DNA of 53,746 nucleotides from Streptosporangiaceae bacterium. Lineage in GTDB: Bacteria; Actinomycetota; Actinomycetes; Streptosporangiales; Streptosporangiaceae. The DNA lies in contig JASHUG010000379.1 of NCBI GenBank assembly GCA_030040155.1, forward strand, positions 1-53,746, read 5' to 3'. Positions within the stretch are counted from its first letter, which is position 1; each line of letters starts with the position of its first letter. Below are positions 42,247 through 51,615 of this stretch, piece by piece. Under the pieces are notes generated by a model. That model worked only from the letters and a program-made list of their open reading frames with translations, was not told where the DNA came from and made no database searches. The position numbers were made by a program, and so were the translations under genes.

Positions 42247-43239
42247 TCAATATTCGCGGGGGCGGCCGTTACGGGCCTGGCGCTGGCCGGTGGGCCGCAG
42301 GCCGACCAGGCCGCCAGAATCCCCGCGGGGGGCCAGCCAGTCGCTGAAGTCCTCGCCGGTGACCGACTCCAGGAGCCGGATGTCGGCCTCGAAATGGGGG
42401 ATCAGCGCCTGGCGCTGATCCCACGTCAGCGGCTGACGGGGCTGGGCGTCCGCCTGCAGCCGGCGCTCAAGCATGTCGACGACCGATGACCCGGCGTGCC
42501 CGGGCAGCCTGCTCGTGACGGCCGAGCCTGCCCGCAACAGGCGGCCCATCGAACGGTGCCGGCTGGTCGGGTTCGGGTGGGCCGTCACGTTCTCGCGCGG
42601 CAGGTCGGTCAGCACGTCCTCCTGGACATCCAGAAAGCGGCACACGACGTTCAGGGTCCCGGCCGGATCGGCAATCAGCGACCGATAGCGAAACACCAGC
42701 ACCTGCTCGCGCGGAAAGACCGAATACAGGTGTTCCAGCTGGCTGCCGTAGAGGCCGAGCCTGAGGTAGTGCCAGAAGTCGGCCCAGCCGTCCGCGATCC
42801 TGCGATCCTCGGCCGCGCACGCCCGCACGAAGTCGTCGATCGGGTCCAGGCCGGCCGACCACAGATGGGTCCAGTTGGAGTGCGCGCGCTCGATCGGGTC
42901 GCGGACCACGATGATCAGCTTGGCCTCGGGAATGAGAGCCCGGATTAGCTGCTGCGCTGCCTCGCTGTACAGGTAGAAGGGAGTCGACTCGCCGCGCAGC
43001 GTGCCGGCCGGAGCCGCGCTGAACAGCTCCTCGTAGTCCGATCTGCGCCAAATGTGCTCGCGGTAGGTCCGGGCGTCGCCAGGTCCGCCCTGGGTCGGCG
43101 GAGGTTGCCCGCCGGTCAGGAAGAACTTGGGTTCCTTCACCGGCGAGAGATACAGCGACGGATGCCGGGCGAGTGCGGCATGGAGAGCGGTGGTCCCTGC
43201 CTTCGGCACGCCTGCCACGAAGAAGTCCGGCAGTGCCAT
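42247..43239 (-). CDS. PAPS-dependent sulfotransferase family protein
   Basis: Trimmed to ATG 43239, preceded by GAGGAG. FFVAGVPKAGTTALHAAL is a 5'-PSB loop and IIVVRDPIERAHSNW a 3'-PB motif. Confidence 0.8.
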   Translation of the reverse strand: MALPDFFVAGVPKAGTTALHAALARHPSLYLSPVKEPKFFLTGGQPPPTQGGPGDARTYREHIWRRSDYEELFSAAPAGTLRGESTPFYLYSEAAQQLIRALIPEAKLIIVVRDPIERAHSNWTHLWSAGLDPIDDFVRACAAEDRRIADGWADFWHYLRLGLYGSQLEHLYSVFPREQVLVFRYRSLIADPAGTLNVVCRFLDVQEDVLTDLPRENVTAHPNPTSRHRSMGRLLRAGSAVTSRLPGHAGSSVVDMLERRLQADAQPRQPLTWDQRQALIPHFEADIRLLESVTGEDFSDWLAPRGDSGGLVGLRPTGQRQARNGRPREY

Positions 43240-43568
43240 GGCTGCTCCTCGATACCAACTTATACGATATGAAAAATAGAATATAGCCAACCGGCTCGGT
43301 GTGCCCGGCGAGCGCCGCCGTCGACCTGCGCGCGATCGGCTGGTGCGGATGTGATGGGCAATCTCGGCGTGGTTGGCGGGTGTGCCGGTCATCGGCAGTC
43401 TCGGCGGGCCGACAGGTGCCAGCGGTCGGCGGCTCCGATCCCGGCCGACGCGTGCAGACGGAACCGGCGGCTGCAGCAGCTGTCTATTCCCCCTTTCCGC
43501 AGTCGCCGGTTATATGCCTCCGCCAGTCATCTGCCTGCGCCGGCCCGGCCGGGCCGGCTGACCGCTAG

Positions 43569-45497
43569 CTACGGATGCGCGCACAGGGGGCCCGGGCCGC
43601 CAGGGCCGTGCAGGCCACTGCGATGGCCGCCGCAGATGCCCTTGATCCGCCAGCCCATCATCTGGCCACTGCGCACCGTCGGCGGGCCAAAGAACGTGAC
43701 GAGGTAGCGTCCGAGCAGCGACTGGCCGCTGGACGCGGCGAGGACCGCGGCGGGCCGCAGAGCGGTGATCGTCGCGGCCATGGCCGCCGCGGGTGGGTCG
43801 AAATGACCGTGTTTGTGCTGCGCGAGCAGGTCCATGCGTATCAGCGTGAGGTGCTCATCCGGGCTGAGCACCTTGTAGGTATCGCACTCCACGGCGTGGC
43901 CGCTGCTGTCCGGCACGATGCAGTAGCCCCCCACCAGGGAGATCGGTGCACCTGACGTCGCTTGCCACTCCATGGCCAGCCCTTTCTCCGGCGGCAGCAC
44001 GAGCACCGGGGCACCAGACCGAAGGCCAAGCGCGGCGACCGCGGTGCGAAAGCCGGTGGGCGACGAACTGGCGACCGCTCCGGGTACTGGCCTGGGGATC
44101 ACGGGCAGGAGGGCGAGTCCGGCGGCTGCTGCGATCACCGGCCTGCGCCAGCCAGGAGCGCCGGCCTTCGACGCCAGAGCCCGGTCCAGGCCGAACGCCA
44201 GGACGGCGGCAGCAGCGCCATCGGCCAGGATCGACAGCCGCTGGGGCAGTGCCTGGCTGACCAGCGGGACGTGGCGCATCCAGTGCCAGGGCAAGGCCGT
44301 GCCGGGAATGCGCCAGTCGCCCAGGCTGACCGCGTGGGCGCCCAGGCTGAACAGCTCAACCAGGATGAAGGTCAGGGCGGCGACCCTGACCCGCAGATCC
44401 CGCCAGAAGAAGATCGTTGCCGCGGCGATCAGGCCGAGCAGAGGCCAGCCTAGGTAGGCATAGGACTCAACGTTGAACTGCTTGTTCGATGCCAGGAACT
44501 GCTTGAAGTTGCCGTGAAAGAAGACAGCGTAGGGTGCGGTCACGAATTCGGCCGGCGGGTTGCCGTACCGGCCCAGGTGCCAGGGGCTGCCGGTTTCGGC
44601 GAGCGGCCCGCGGAACTGCACCAAGAGCGCGTGACCCGCCAGCAGAAGGACAACGGCGCCCGCGATGCCCACTCCGGCCGCCGCGCCGGCGATCTTGCCG
44701 AGGATCATGGTCGGTCGGCACGCGACGAGCACTGCCAGTGCGAGCGCGCCCGCCAGGACGGTATCGACCAGCAGTTCCTCGGCGATGAAGATCTGGGCGG
44801 CAACAAGCAGGCCAAGCCAGATGCCGGTTCGGACGGGTCGTCCACGGCCAGTCGCCAGCCTCAGCAATGCGGAAACGATCAGGGGCGGCAACACGGCGAA
44901 CTGCAGGTGGTAGTGATCCTCAGCGGCGACGGCCAGCGCAGGGGAGAAGCCGTACAGGGCGCCGCCCGTGCCGGCCCCGACCGGTCCGGTGCCCCACCGG
45001 CGCAGCACGACATACAGGCTGGTCGCCGATCCGGCAAAGCCCACCGTCAGGAGCACCGTCAAGCTCGCGATGGGGCCTGCAGCCAGCGTGACCGGCGCGA
45101 GCACCGCCGACGGCAGGAGCATCGAGGTGTTCCACATCGCGTTGACGCCCTGGGGGGCGTTGACCGCGGTCGTGACGAGGGCGGGCAGGTGCCCATGCGC
45201 CAGCGCGGTCGCGGTGTACCGCATGAACCAGGAATTGATGTAGATGTCCGCCGAGACATTGGACGTGCCGTTGGTGGGGACCGTCGCGGTTGGGTTGGCC
45301 CACATGCGCCAGGTCAGCCCGACCGAGACCACCAGGTACACGCACGGGATCAGCCAGTCGGGCCAGCGCAGTGCGGCGACCGATCTCCGCAGGCTGCTGG
45401 CCGATCTCCGCAGGGCGGTAAGCGACCGCCGGCGGGCACCCCTGGCATATCTCAGCGGCCCCGTGCGGGGCCTACCTGGAAGTCCTACCTTCGTCAC
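43569..45497 (-). CDS. large polytopic membrane protein, GT-C-like glycosyltransferase suspected
   Basis: 642 aa with a GTG start. An Arg-rich cytoplasmic N-terminus is followed by at least 12 hydrophobic segments and a C-terminal soluble region. The architecture resembles YfhO/arabinosyl- or mannosyltransferase-like GT-C enzymes. No motif-level proof. Confidence 0.55.
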   Translation of the reverse strand: MTKVGLPGRPRTGPLRYARGARRRSLTALRRSASSLRRSVAALRWPDWLIPCVYLVVSVGLTWRMWANPTATVPTNGTSNVSADIYINSWFMRYTATALAHGHLPALVTTAVNAPQGVNAMWNTSMLLPSAVLAPVTLAAGPIASLTVLLTVGFAGSATSLYVVLRRWGTGPVGAGTGGALYGFSPALAVAAEDHYHLQFAVLPPLIVSALLRLATGRGRPVRTGIWLGLLVAAQIFIAEELLVDTVLAGALALAVLVACRPTMILGKIAGAAAGVGIAGAVVLLLAGHALLVQFRGPLAETGSPWHLGRYGNPPAEFVTAPYAVFFHGNFKQFLASNKQFNVESYAYLGWPLLGLIAAATIFFWRDLRVRVAALTFILVELFSLGAHAVSLGDWRIPGTALPWHWMRHVPLVSQALPQRLSILADGAAAAVLAFGLDRALASKAGAPGWRRPVIAAAAGLALLPVIPRPVPGAVASSSPTGFRTAVAALGLRSGAPVLVLPPEKGLAMEWQATSGAPISLVGGYCIVPDSSGHAVECDTYKVLSPDEHLTLIRMDLLAQHKHGHFDPPAAAMAATITALRPAAVLAASSGQSLLGRYLVTFFGPPTVRSGQMMGWRIKGICGGHRSGLHGPGGPGPLCAHP

Positions 45498-45801
45498 TAG
45501 GTCCCCTCGCGCCCACGAAACTCCCCCTGTGCCGGCCTTCGGTCCGCTGGTCAGGGACCCGAGATCCTGCCGGCGCGCAGAAGGCCAGTCCGACTAATTC
45601 CCCCTGCCGGCCCGTCTTGTCATGATCACGGCCGAGAAGTTACGAGCCTCGCCCGCTCGGCGCCGCCGGACTTACCGGGCATGTGGCCCCCGCTCGCGCT
45701 TGCGATGCTGACCGAGCTGGAACCACGCCCGTTCCGGGTATAAACGGCTAATCCCGGCACGGCTAGCCATCGGACCCGCTGGCCTGGGCCAAGGCGCCGA
45801 G

Positions 45802-46725
45802 CTAAGGCTGCGCAGGGAGGGAGTGATCCCAGTCCGACAGCAACGTCCGGATTCCGGTCACGAGCGCGATGGGGTGATCAAGCATGACATGGTGGCCGGC
45901 GGCCGGGATTTCGATCACCGGTGCGCGGCGGCCGAGGCGGTCGTACATGAGCTCGGTCGTATGCGGCGGGACGATTCCGTGCTCTGCGTGAAAAATCGCG
46001 ACCCGGCAGTCGAGCTGATGCAGCAGGGCCGGGGTGGCCTCCGGTCGGCCAAAGATCGCCGGATCGAACTTCCAGCTCCAGCCGCCGTGAACCGGGCGGA
46101 TCGAGGTCGCCGCGATGTGGGCGCGAACGTATGGCAGGGTCGGCTGGTCGGGTATCGGGTGGAACCGGGCGATGGCAGCTTCGCGGCTGGGGTACACCAC
46201 GAGCGGGCCGAAAGCGCGCGCATCCCTCGCGGCGCGGTCCTCCGGCGTCATGTCGTGCACCGGCGAGTCGATCACGACGATGCCTGCCAACGCGGAGCCA
46301 TAGACCCCGGCGGCCCGCAGTGCAACGAAACCCCCCATACTGTGCCCGATCACCACCGGCGGCGTTGCGATACCAGCGTGTTCAGCCACCTCCAGTACCT
46401 CGCGCGCCCACTGGTCGAGGGTGTACTTCTCTCTCCGCCCGCTGTCACCATGTCCCGACAGGTCGAGCGCCACGACGCGCCGGTCGGCAGACAGCAACGG
46501 GCCGATGTGGTCCCACCAGCGCGCGTGCGCAGCCCCGCCGTGGACTAGGACCAGGCCGCTCGCCGCCTGCTCACCCCAGGCCCGGTAGTCGATTGGAATT
46601 CCGCCGACCTCCACGCTGGCCGTCTCGACCGTAGCTGCCAGCGAGGTGGTGAACCAGGACGGCGGGACTTGCGTCTCCTGCTGGTCCTCCAGGTCGACCG
46701 GGTCAGCTGGGCGCGGTGTGTTCAT
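45802..46725 (-). CDS. alpha/beta hydrolase
   Basis: LVLVHGGAAHARWW, DLSGHGDS and the GHSMGG nucleophile elbow. 307 aa. Confidence 0.8.
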   Translation of the reverse strand: MNTPRPADPVDLEDQQETQVPPSWFTTSLAATVETASVEVGGIPIDYRAWGEQAASGLVLVHGGAAHARWWDHIGPLLSADRRVVALDLSGHGDSGRREKYTLDQWAREVLEVAEHAGIATPPVVIGHSMGGFVALRAAGVYGSALAGIVVIDSPVHDMTPEDRAARDARAFGPLVVYPSREAAIARFHPIPDQPTLPYVRAHIAATSIRPVHGGWSWKFDPAIFGRPEATPALLHQLDCRVAIFHAEHGIVPPHTTELMYDRLGRRAPVIEIPAAGHHVMLDHPIALVTGIRTLLSDWDHSLPAQP

Positions 46726-46832
46726 GCGTAGAAGCGAACCAGATTCGGGACGCCGGCCCGACAGCGGCTCGCCCCATCGATGGGGTGCGGTGGCCCCGCC
46801 TGGCCTGGCAGGCCCAGCCTGACGGGCATTCC

Positions 46833-47354
46833 TCAGACCGGCCGGGTTCCGGTTGCGTGACGGCGAGCGAGCTGGCGGTAGATCTCAGGGTTAGTGGCGA
46901 CCCACTCCTGGGCAGCGTCGGTGAGCGGGCCGGTGATCCGCGCCGGGACGCCGACGGCCAGCATGCCGTCCCCGATCGTCATGCCAGGCGGAACCGTGCA
47001 GCCCGCCGCGACCATGGCCCGGATGCCGATAACCGCCCCGTCCAGGACCGTGGCGCCGTTGCCGATGAGGGCCTCGGTGCCGATGACTGCGCCGTGCACC
47101 ACGCACAGGTGACCGACGGTGGCGCCCTCGCCGATGACCGTCTCCGGATCACTGCCGGCGTGCAGGACCGATCCGTCCTGCACGTTGGCGCCGCGCCGGA
47201 CGATGATGCGGCCGAAGTCGCCGCGTAGCACGGCGCCATACCAGACCGAGGCGTTGTCCTCGACGTGGACATCGCCCACGAGCGTCGCGGTCGGCGCTAT
47301 CCAGGCAGACCAGCTGATGGTAGGCGCACGATCTTCAAATGCATAGAGCGGCAT
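46833..47354 (-). CDS. gamma-carbonic-anhydrase-like / hexapeptide-repeat (LbH) protein (PaaY/YrdA family)
   Basis: Trimmed to ATG 47354. WIAPTATLVGDVHVEDNASVWYGAVLRGD...VQDGSVLH...VGHLCVVHGAVIG are left-handed beta-helix repeats with the His ligands. Confidence 0.85.
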   Translation of the reverse strand: MPLYAFEDRAPTISWSAWIAPTATLVGDVHVEDNASVWYGAVLRGDFGRIIVRRGANVQDGSVLHAGSDPETVIGEGATVGHLCVVHGAVIGTEALIGNGATVLDGAVIGIRAMVAAGCTVPPGMTIGDGMLAVGVPARITGPLTDAAQEWVATNPEIYRQLARRHATGTRPV

Positions 47355-47437
47355 TTGGCAATGATCGCACTGGCGGCCGGGCGTGGCGGATGGCCGGGCG
47401 TAAGTCCATGGCTTCCGGCCAGTAGCGAGCCAAAACG

Positions 47438-49144
47438 GTGGATCACAAGGGCCCTTTAATTGCTGCCCGCGCGGCTTCGCCTTCGTTCTGGCGCGCACGC
47501 GTATCCTCTGCGGAGGCCGAAATCCGGAATGACGGCGGATGCCAAGTCAGCGAATGGACTGCCGAAGTGGCGAATGGTGCTCAGGTACTGGAGACAGGCC
47601 GACGCGGGGGACCGGCTCGCATACGGCTGCTGCGCCGCGTGAGCGTGGTGCTGGTGGCGAGCACCGCCATCGCCGTCGCCGGCGAATCCTATGTCGCCAT
47701 CGACGCCAGCGCGCCTCAGGCCGGCCCGGTCACGGGAGCTGCCCTGCACGTGCCGGGCGCGCCGGTCTCGGTTGTCGGCGGCTCGCCTGTAGCGATGGCC
47801 GCCAGCGTGGCACAGCGTTTGTTCACCTCCTCGGCGGTAGTAGTTGTAGCTGATGGCGACGGCAGTTCCTCGGCGCTGGCGGCGGCGTCGACGGACGCCC
47901 GGCGGGAGTCCGCACCGATGCTGCTCAGCTCGGACAGCCAGAATCGGGGAGTTCCGCTAAGCATCGCCACGGTGGCAGAGATCAAGGCGCTGCATCCTCA
48001 TGTCGTGCTCGCCGCTGGCGTCGACGGGGATGTCCTGAGGGCGGAGCTGAACGGGACCAGGGTCGTCACCAGCATGTCCGGCCTGCCAGCCGAGAGCCGG
48101 CCAGCGCCGCTGCGGCATGTCGCGCTGCTCGTGCCGGCTGGTCCTCGTAGCGCAGCCACCGTGGCCGCCATCGCGACGGCCGGGTCAGCCGGGGTGCAGG
48201 TCATTCCGGTCCGGGCCTTCGATCCGCGGGCCGACTCGGTGTCGATCAGGTCCCTCGCCAAGTCCAGGCCAGACCAGGTTCTGGCGATTGGTGCGGCCTT
48301 CGGTACGGCCAGGGCCCTGGCGGCCAAGGTCGCCGTCGCGGAAACCGGCATCCAACTGCCCGGTGGCGGCCAGATCCTCTTCCCCGGACACCGGCTCGTA
48401 TGTCTTTACGGGAGCCCCGGCACGCCCGCGCTCGGGGCACTCGGCGAACAGAGCTTGCCCGCCAGCATCGCCCGGATTCGCGCGCTCGCGGCGACGTACC
48501 GGCCGTTGAGCCGCGTCCCGGTCGTGCCTGCCTTCGAGATCCTCGCGACGATTGCGGAGGGATCGGCCGGCAGCAATGGCTTGTACTCCAGGGAGAACAG
48601 CGTGGCGAGCCTCCGTCCGTGGGTGCGGGACGCGAACAGGGCCGGCCTGTACGTGATCCTCGACCTGCAGGCAGGCCGCGCGAGCCTGCTCAGCCAGGCG
48701 AAGCTCTACCGATCGCTGCTCAAGCTGCCCGACGTGGGGCTGGCCCTCGATCCTGAGTGGAAGCTCCAGCCGGGGCAGGTTCCCCTGCACCAGATCGGAA
48801 GCGTGAACGTGACCCAGGTCAACAGCGTGATCAGCTGGCTGGCGGCGCTGACGGCGCGGTATCACCTGCCGCAAAAGGTGCTTGTCCTGCATCAGTTTCA
48901 GCTGTCGATGATCCAGGACGAGTCCCGGCTCGACACACGCAACAGCGACCTGGCGATCGTGATCCACATGGATGGCCAGGGGACTCCGTCGGCCAAGCAG
49001 CAGACCTGGGACGCCGTTGTCGGTGCTGCTCCGCGCGGTGTGTTCTTCGGATGGAAGAACTTCTTCGTGAAGGACCACCCGATGCTTGATCCGCGTCAGA
49101 CGATGCGGCACTGGCCGCAGCCGGTCATGATCTCTTACGAGTGA
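47438..49144 (+). CDS. exported protein: cell-wall-binding-repeat-like N-terminal region plus a conserved actinobacterial C-terminal domain
   Basis: TM/signal segment VSVVLVASTAIAVAG. Repeats of the type VVVVADGDGSSSALAAAS...APMLLS resemble CWB2 repeats. C-terminal part GLYVILDLQAGRASLL...GLALDPEWKL...VLVLHQF...IHMDGQG. The start is uncertain (ATG 47438 or GTG 47567). Confidence 0.6.
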   Translation: MDHKGPLIAARAASPSFWRARVSSAEAEIRNDGGCQVSEWTAEVANGAQVLETGRRGGPARIRLLRRVSVVLVASTAIAVAGESYVAIDASAPQAGPVTGAALHVPGAPVSVVGGSPVAMAASVAQRLFTSSAVVVVADGDGSSSALAAASTDARRESAPMLLSSDSQNRGVPLSIATVAEIKALHPHVVLAAGVDGDVLRAELNGTRVVTSMSGLPAESRPAPLRHVALLVPAGPRSAATVAAIATAGSAGVQVIPVRAFDPRADSVSIRSLAKSRPDQVLAIGAAFGTARALAAKVAVAETGIQLPGGGQILFPGHRLVCLYGSPGTPALGALGEQSLPASIARIRALAATYRPLSRVPVVPAFEILATIAEGSAGSNGLYSRENSVASLRPWVRDANRAGLYVILDLQAGRASLLSQAKLYRSLLKLPDVGLALDPEWKLQPGQVPLHQIGSVNVTQVNSVISWLAALTARYHLPQKVLVLHQFQLSMIQDESRLDTRNSDLAIVIHMDGQGTPSAKQQTWDAVVGAAPRGVFFGWKNFFVKDHPMLDPRQTMRHWPQPVMISYE

Positions 49145-49622
49145 CTGGCGGCGGGATCGCAGGCAGCAGCGGCAATCGTGATGGCGGTTTGACCTCATCG
49201 AGTCTGAGGTAGGTCACCAGCCGCTGACCGCCTCGGGCCGCAAGCGCGGCCAGCACGTCCCGCAGCTCGGTCACGTCACGGGCAACGACCGTCAGCAGGT
49301 AGTCCATCTCGCCGGTGACGTTGTCTGCCGCGATGATTTGCGGCAGTGCCCGGACGTGATCCTCGAACGTCTTCGTCGTCCGCGGATCGTGCCGGGCCAG
49401 GGTGGCGGTGACGTACATCTGCAGCGTGAAGCCCGCGGCGGCAGCGTCGAGCTGCGCGCTGATGACGCGGATGACACCAGACTCCTTGAGCCTGCGAACG
49501 CGGTGCAGGGTGGCGGCGGGGGAGAGGCCAACGAGGCGGGCCAGCTCGAGGTTGGTCCTGTCGGCGTCTGCCTGTAGCTCGCTTAGCAACCGTAGGTCAA
49601 CTTCATTTAGATCAACTGCCAT
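49125..49622 (-). CDS. Lrp/AsnC family transcriptional regulator
   Basis: DLRLLSELQADADRTNLELARLVGLSPAATLHRVRRLKESGVI is the HTH, followed by a RAM/AsnC_trans_reg domain. Divergent from an EamA exporter across an AT-rich 70-nt region. Confidence 0.9.
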   Translation of the reverse strand: MAVDLNEVDLRLLSELQADADRTNLELARLVGLSPAATLHRVRRLKESGVIRVISAQLDAAAAGFTLQMYVTATLARHDPRTTKTFEDHVRALPQIIAADNVTGEMDYLLTVVARDVTELRDVLAALAARGGQRLVTYLRLDEVKPPSRLPLLPAIPPPVTRKRS

Positions 49623-49692
49623 GGTACAAAATTATAGTTGGCAAAGTATCATGATCGCAAAACTAAGCGAAGCCATCAGGTGAAATGGAGGC

Positions 49693-50892
49693 ATGACTGA
49701 CAACCGCCGCCTGGTCTTCCCCGCCCTGATCACTGCAGGCATCCTCTGGGGCACCACAGTGCCCCTGTCGAAGCTTGCCCTCGGCTGGCTACCACCGGCG
49801 TGGCTAGCGTTCACCCGATTCGCGCTAGCGGCCGCGATCCTGATGATCATCTGTCGGGGCCGGCTCCGCGGCGCGGCTAGCCCAGCCATCTTGGTCAGCG
49901 GCGGGCTCGGCTTCGGCGCCTCGGTGGTCTTGCAGAACGTCGGGGTCGAACGCACAAGCGTCTCTCACGCGGCCCTGCTCATCGGCGCGACGCCCGTGCT
50001 GATCGCAATTCTCGCGGCCGCATCCCGCCAGGGCGTTGCCCGGCCGGTCGCCTGGGCCGGGTTCGGCCTGTCGCTGGCCGGGGTAGCCATAATTGCCTCC
50101 GGCCGGGGAGGCGGCGCGTCACTCGGTGGTGACGGCCTCGTGCTGCTGGCGCAGCTGGGATCGGCTGGGTTCACCGTCTCGCAGGCGCGGCTGCTGCGCG
50201 GTCGCGACCCGCTGGCGGTGACCGCGATGCAGTTGCTGGCCGCGGCCGTGCTGACTCTGCCGCTGGCGCTGACGTCAGAGGGGCTGCATGTCGGCCAGGC
50301 CAGCCCGGCTGCACTGGTGGCGACAATCGGGCTAATCGCCGCGGGGACAGTCGGACCGACGACGCTGTTTGCGTTCGGGCAGAGCCACGTCTCTGCCGAC
50401 GTGGCTGGTGCGTTCCTCAACCTGGAGCCACTCGTAGGTGCCGTCACGGGCATCGTCTTGTTTGGCGACCCGCTGGGCCCGGCTCAGCTCTCCGGCGGCG
50501 CGGCGATTTTGGCCGGCATCGCGCTCAGCAGCCTGCAAGCGGTTCGAGCCGAACGCCAGCATCGAGGCGTCGCGGCCGCCCGGCCGGCCCTCGCGCCAGC
50601 AGCGGTTGCAGCCGGCGCGCCGCACTTCAACACCGCTGGCCGCGCTGCCAGCACCGTTACGCGCTGGAGTGCCCGAGCCGAATTGCGGGGCAGAGCAGTG
50701 CCGCGCACTTCGGCCGGCCGCATCCGCGTCCGCCGACGGCACGTGGTGGGCCTGCGCGCTGCGCGAGGCAATCCCCGTGCCCTACGCCACGGTCTCCGGG
50801 CGCCGCGCCGGGGCGGCGCCCGGGTCGAGCGCCCTCCGTCGCGCGAAACACGGCCACGAGCGATTGCGCCGCGGGCGCGGCACCGAGCGTAG
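49693..50892 (+). CDS. EamA/DMT transporter with a ~110-aa Arg/Ala-rich C-terminal tail
   Basis: FPALITAGILWGTTVPLSKLAL... starts ten hydrophobic segments that end near aa 285. The ORF then continues to 50892 without a stop. Confidence 0.7.
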   Translation: MTDNRRLVFPALITAGILWGTTVPLSKLALGWLPPAWLAFTRFALAAAILMIICRGRLRGAASPAILVSGGLGFGASVVLQNVGVERTSVSHAALLIGATPVLIAILAAASRQGVARPVAWAGFGLSLAGVAIIASGRGGGASLGGDGLVLLAQLGSAGFTVSQARLLRGRDPLAVTAMQLLAAAVLTLPLALTSEGLHVGQASPAALVATIGLIAAGTVGPTTLFAFGQSHVSADVAGAFLNLEPLVGAVTGIVLFGDPLGPAQLSGGAAILAGIALSSLQAVRAERQHRGVAAARPALAPAAVAAGAPHFNTAGRAASTVTRWSARAELRGRAVPRTSAGRIRVRRRHVVGLRAARGNPRALRHGLRAPRRGGARVERPPSRETRPRAIAPRARHRA

Positions 50893-50910
50893 GATTGCGG
50901 GCAGACGGGG

Positions 50911-51537
50911 GTGTTTGGGATGCCCGCACATGATCAGCGTCGATCATCGTCGGCCAAGCCAAGCCCGCTGAGCTGGCGACAGGCTCGCCTGGCCCGCGCC
51001 AGGCTGGCGTCCGGCGAAGGGCTATCCAGGCAGGAGCGGCGAACGCTCCGCTCGCAAGTCCGGCTGCGGGACAAAATCGTCCGCCACCGCGGCCTACGAA
51101 CCCGGCATATAGGACTCGCCGTGGCCGGAGCCGCTCTGGTCATGGCCGTGGTAGCCATCGCGTTCGCGTTGGGCCCGGCGATCCAGGCGGCCCGCGGGCA
51201 AGGCGCGGTGGGCACGTTCACCGTCGATTCCCAGCAGTGTTACCGGGATGGCTGCACGTGGACGGGCACGTTCGTGGCTCGCGGCGGCCAGGTAACGTCA
51301 GGCGTCGCGTATGAAGGCACACTCCCGGCCGGCGCTGGGCCGGGCAGCAGCGTCCCCGCAATCTACCCGGGCGGGTATCACGCCGTCTTCGCACCGCACG
51401 GCTCGCTCGTATGGCTTGAAGACCTGCTCCTGGTACTTCTTATCGGCGGCGCCATGGCGGCCGCGCTCTGGATCAGCCCGATCGGCATGCCCGGCCGCCG
51501 GCGGCGGGAGATCCGGCGTAGCGCACGCGCCGCCTGA
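50911..51537 (+). CDS. hypothetical two-TM membrane protein
   Basis: 208 aa. An Arg-rich N-terminus, TM (IGLAVAGAALVMAVVAIAFAL), a ~90-aa loop with CYRDGCTW, and a second TM (LLLVLLIGGAMAAALWI). Confidence 0.5.
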   Translation: MFGMPAHDQRRSSSAKPSPLSWRQARLARARLASGEGLSRQERRTLRSQVRLRDKIVRHRGLRTRHIGLAVAGAALVMAVVAIAFALGPAIQAARGQGAVGTFTVDSQQCYRDGCTWTGTFVARGGQVTSGVAYEGTLPAGAGPGSSVPAIYPGGYHAVFAPHGSLVWLEDLLLVLLIGGAMAAALWISPIGMPGRRRREIRRSARAA

Positions 51538-51615
51538 GCTCTGGCGGTCGGCCTGCCCGGCTCCATAGGATCTCGCTGCACACCATCTGCTGACCAATGC
51601 CGAGGAGGCACGTAG

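Noticed and set aside
43240-43392. In-frame N-terminal extension of the sulfotransferase (MTGTPANHAEIAHH...)
   Set aside because: The extension would translate through the AT-rich promoter-like block (…LAIFYFSYRISWYRG…). The ATG at 43239 has a GAGGAG RBS and starts right at the conserved PSB-loop region.
44514-45500. 328-aa plus-strand ORF, and the 337-aa minus-strand ORF 48185..49198
   Set aside because: They are antisense to, respectively, the polytopic membrane protein and the exported cell-wall-binding-repeat protein. Both translations are Arg/Gly/Gln-rich with no hydrophobic core or motifs.
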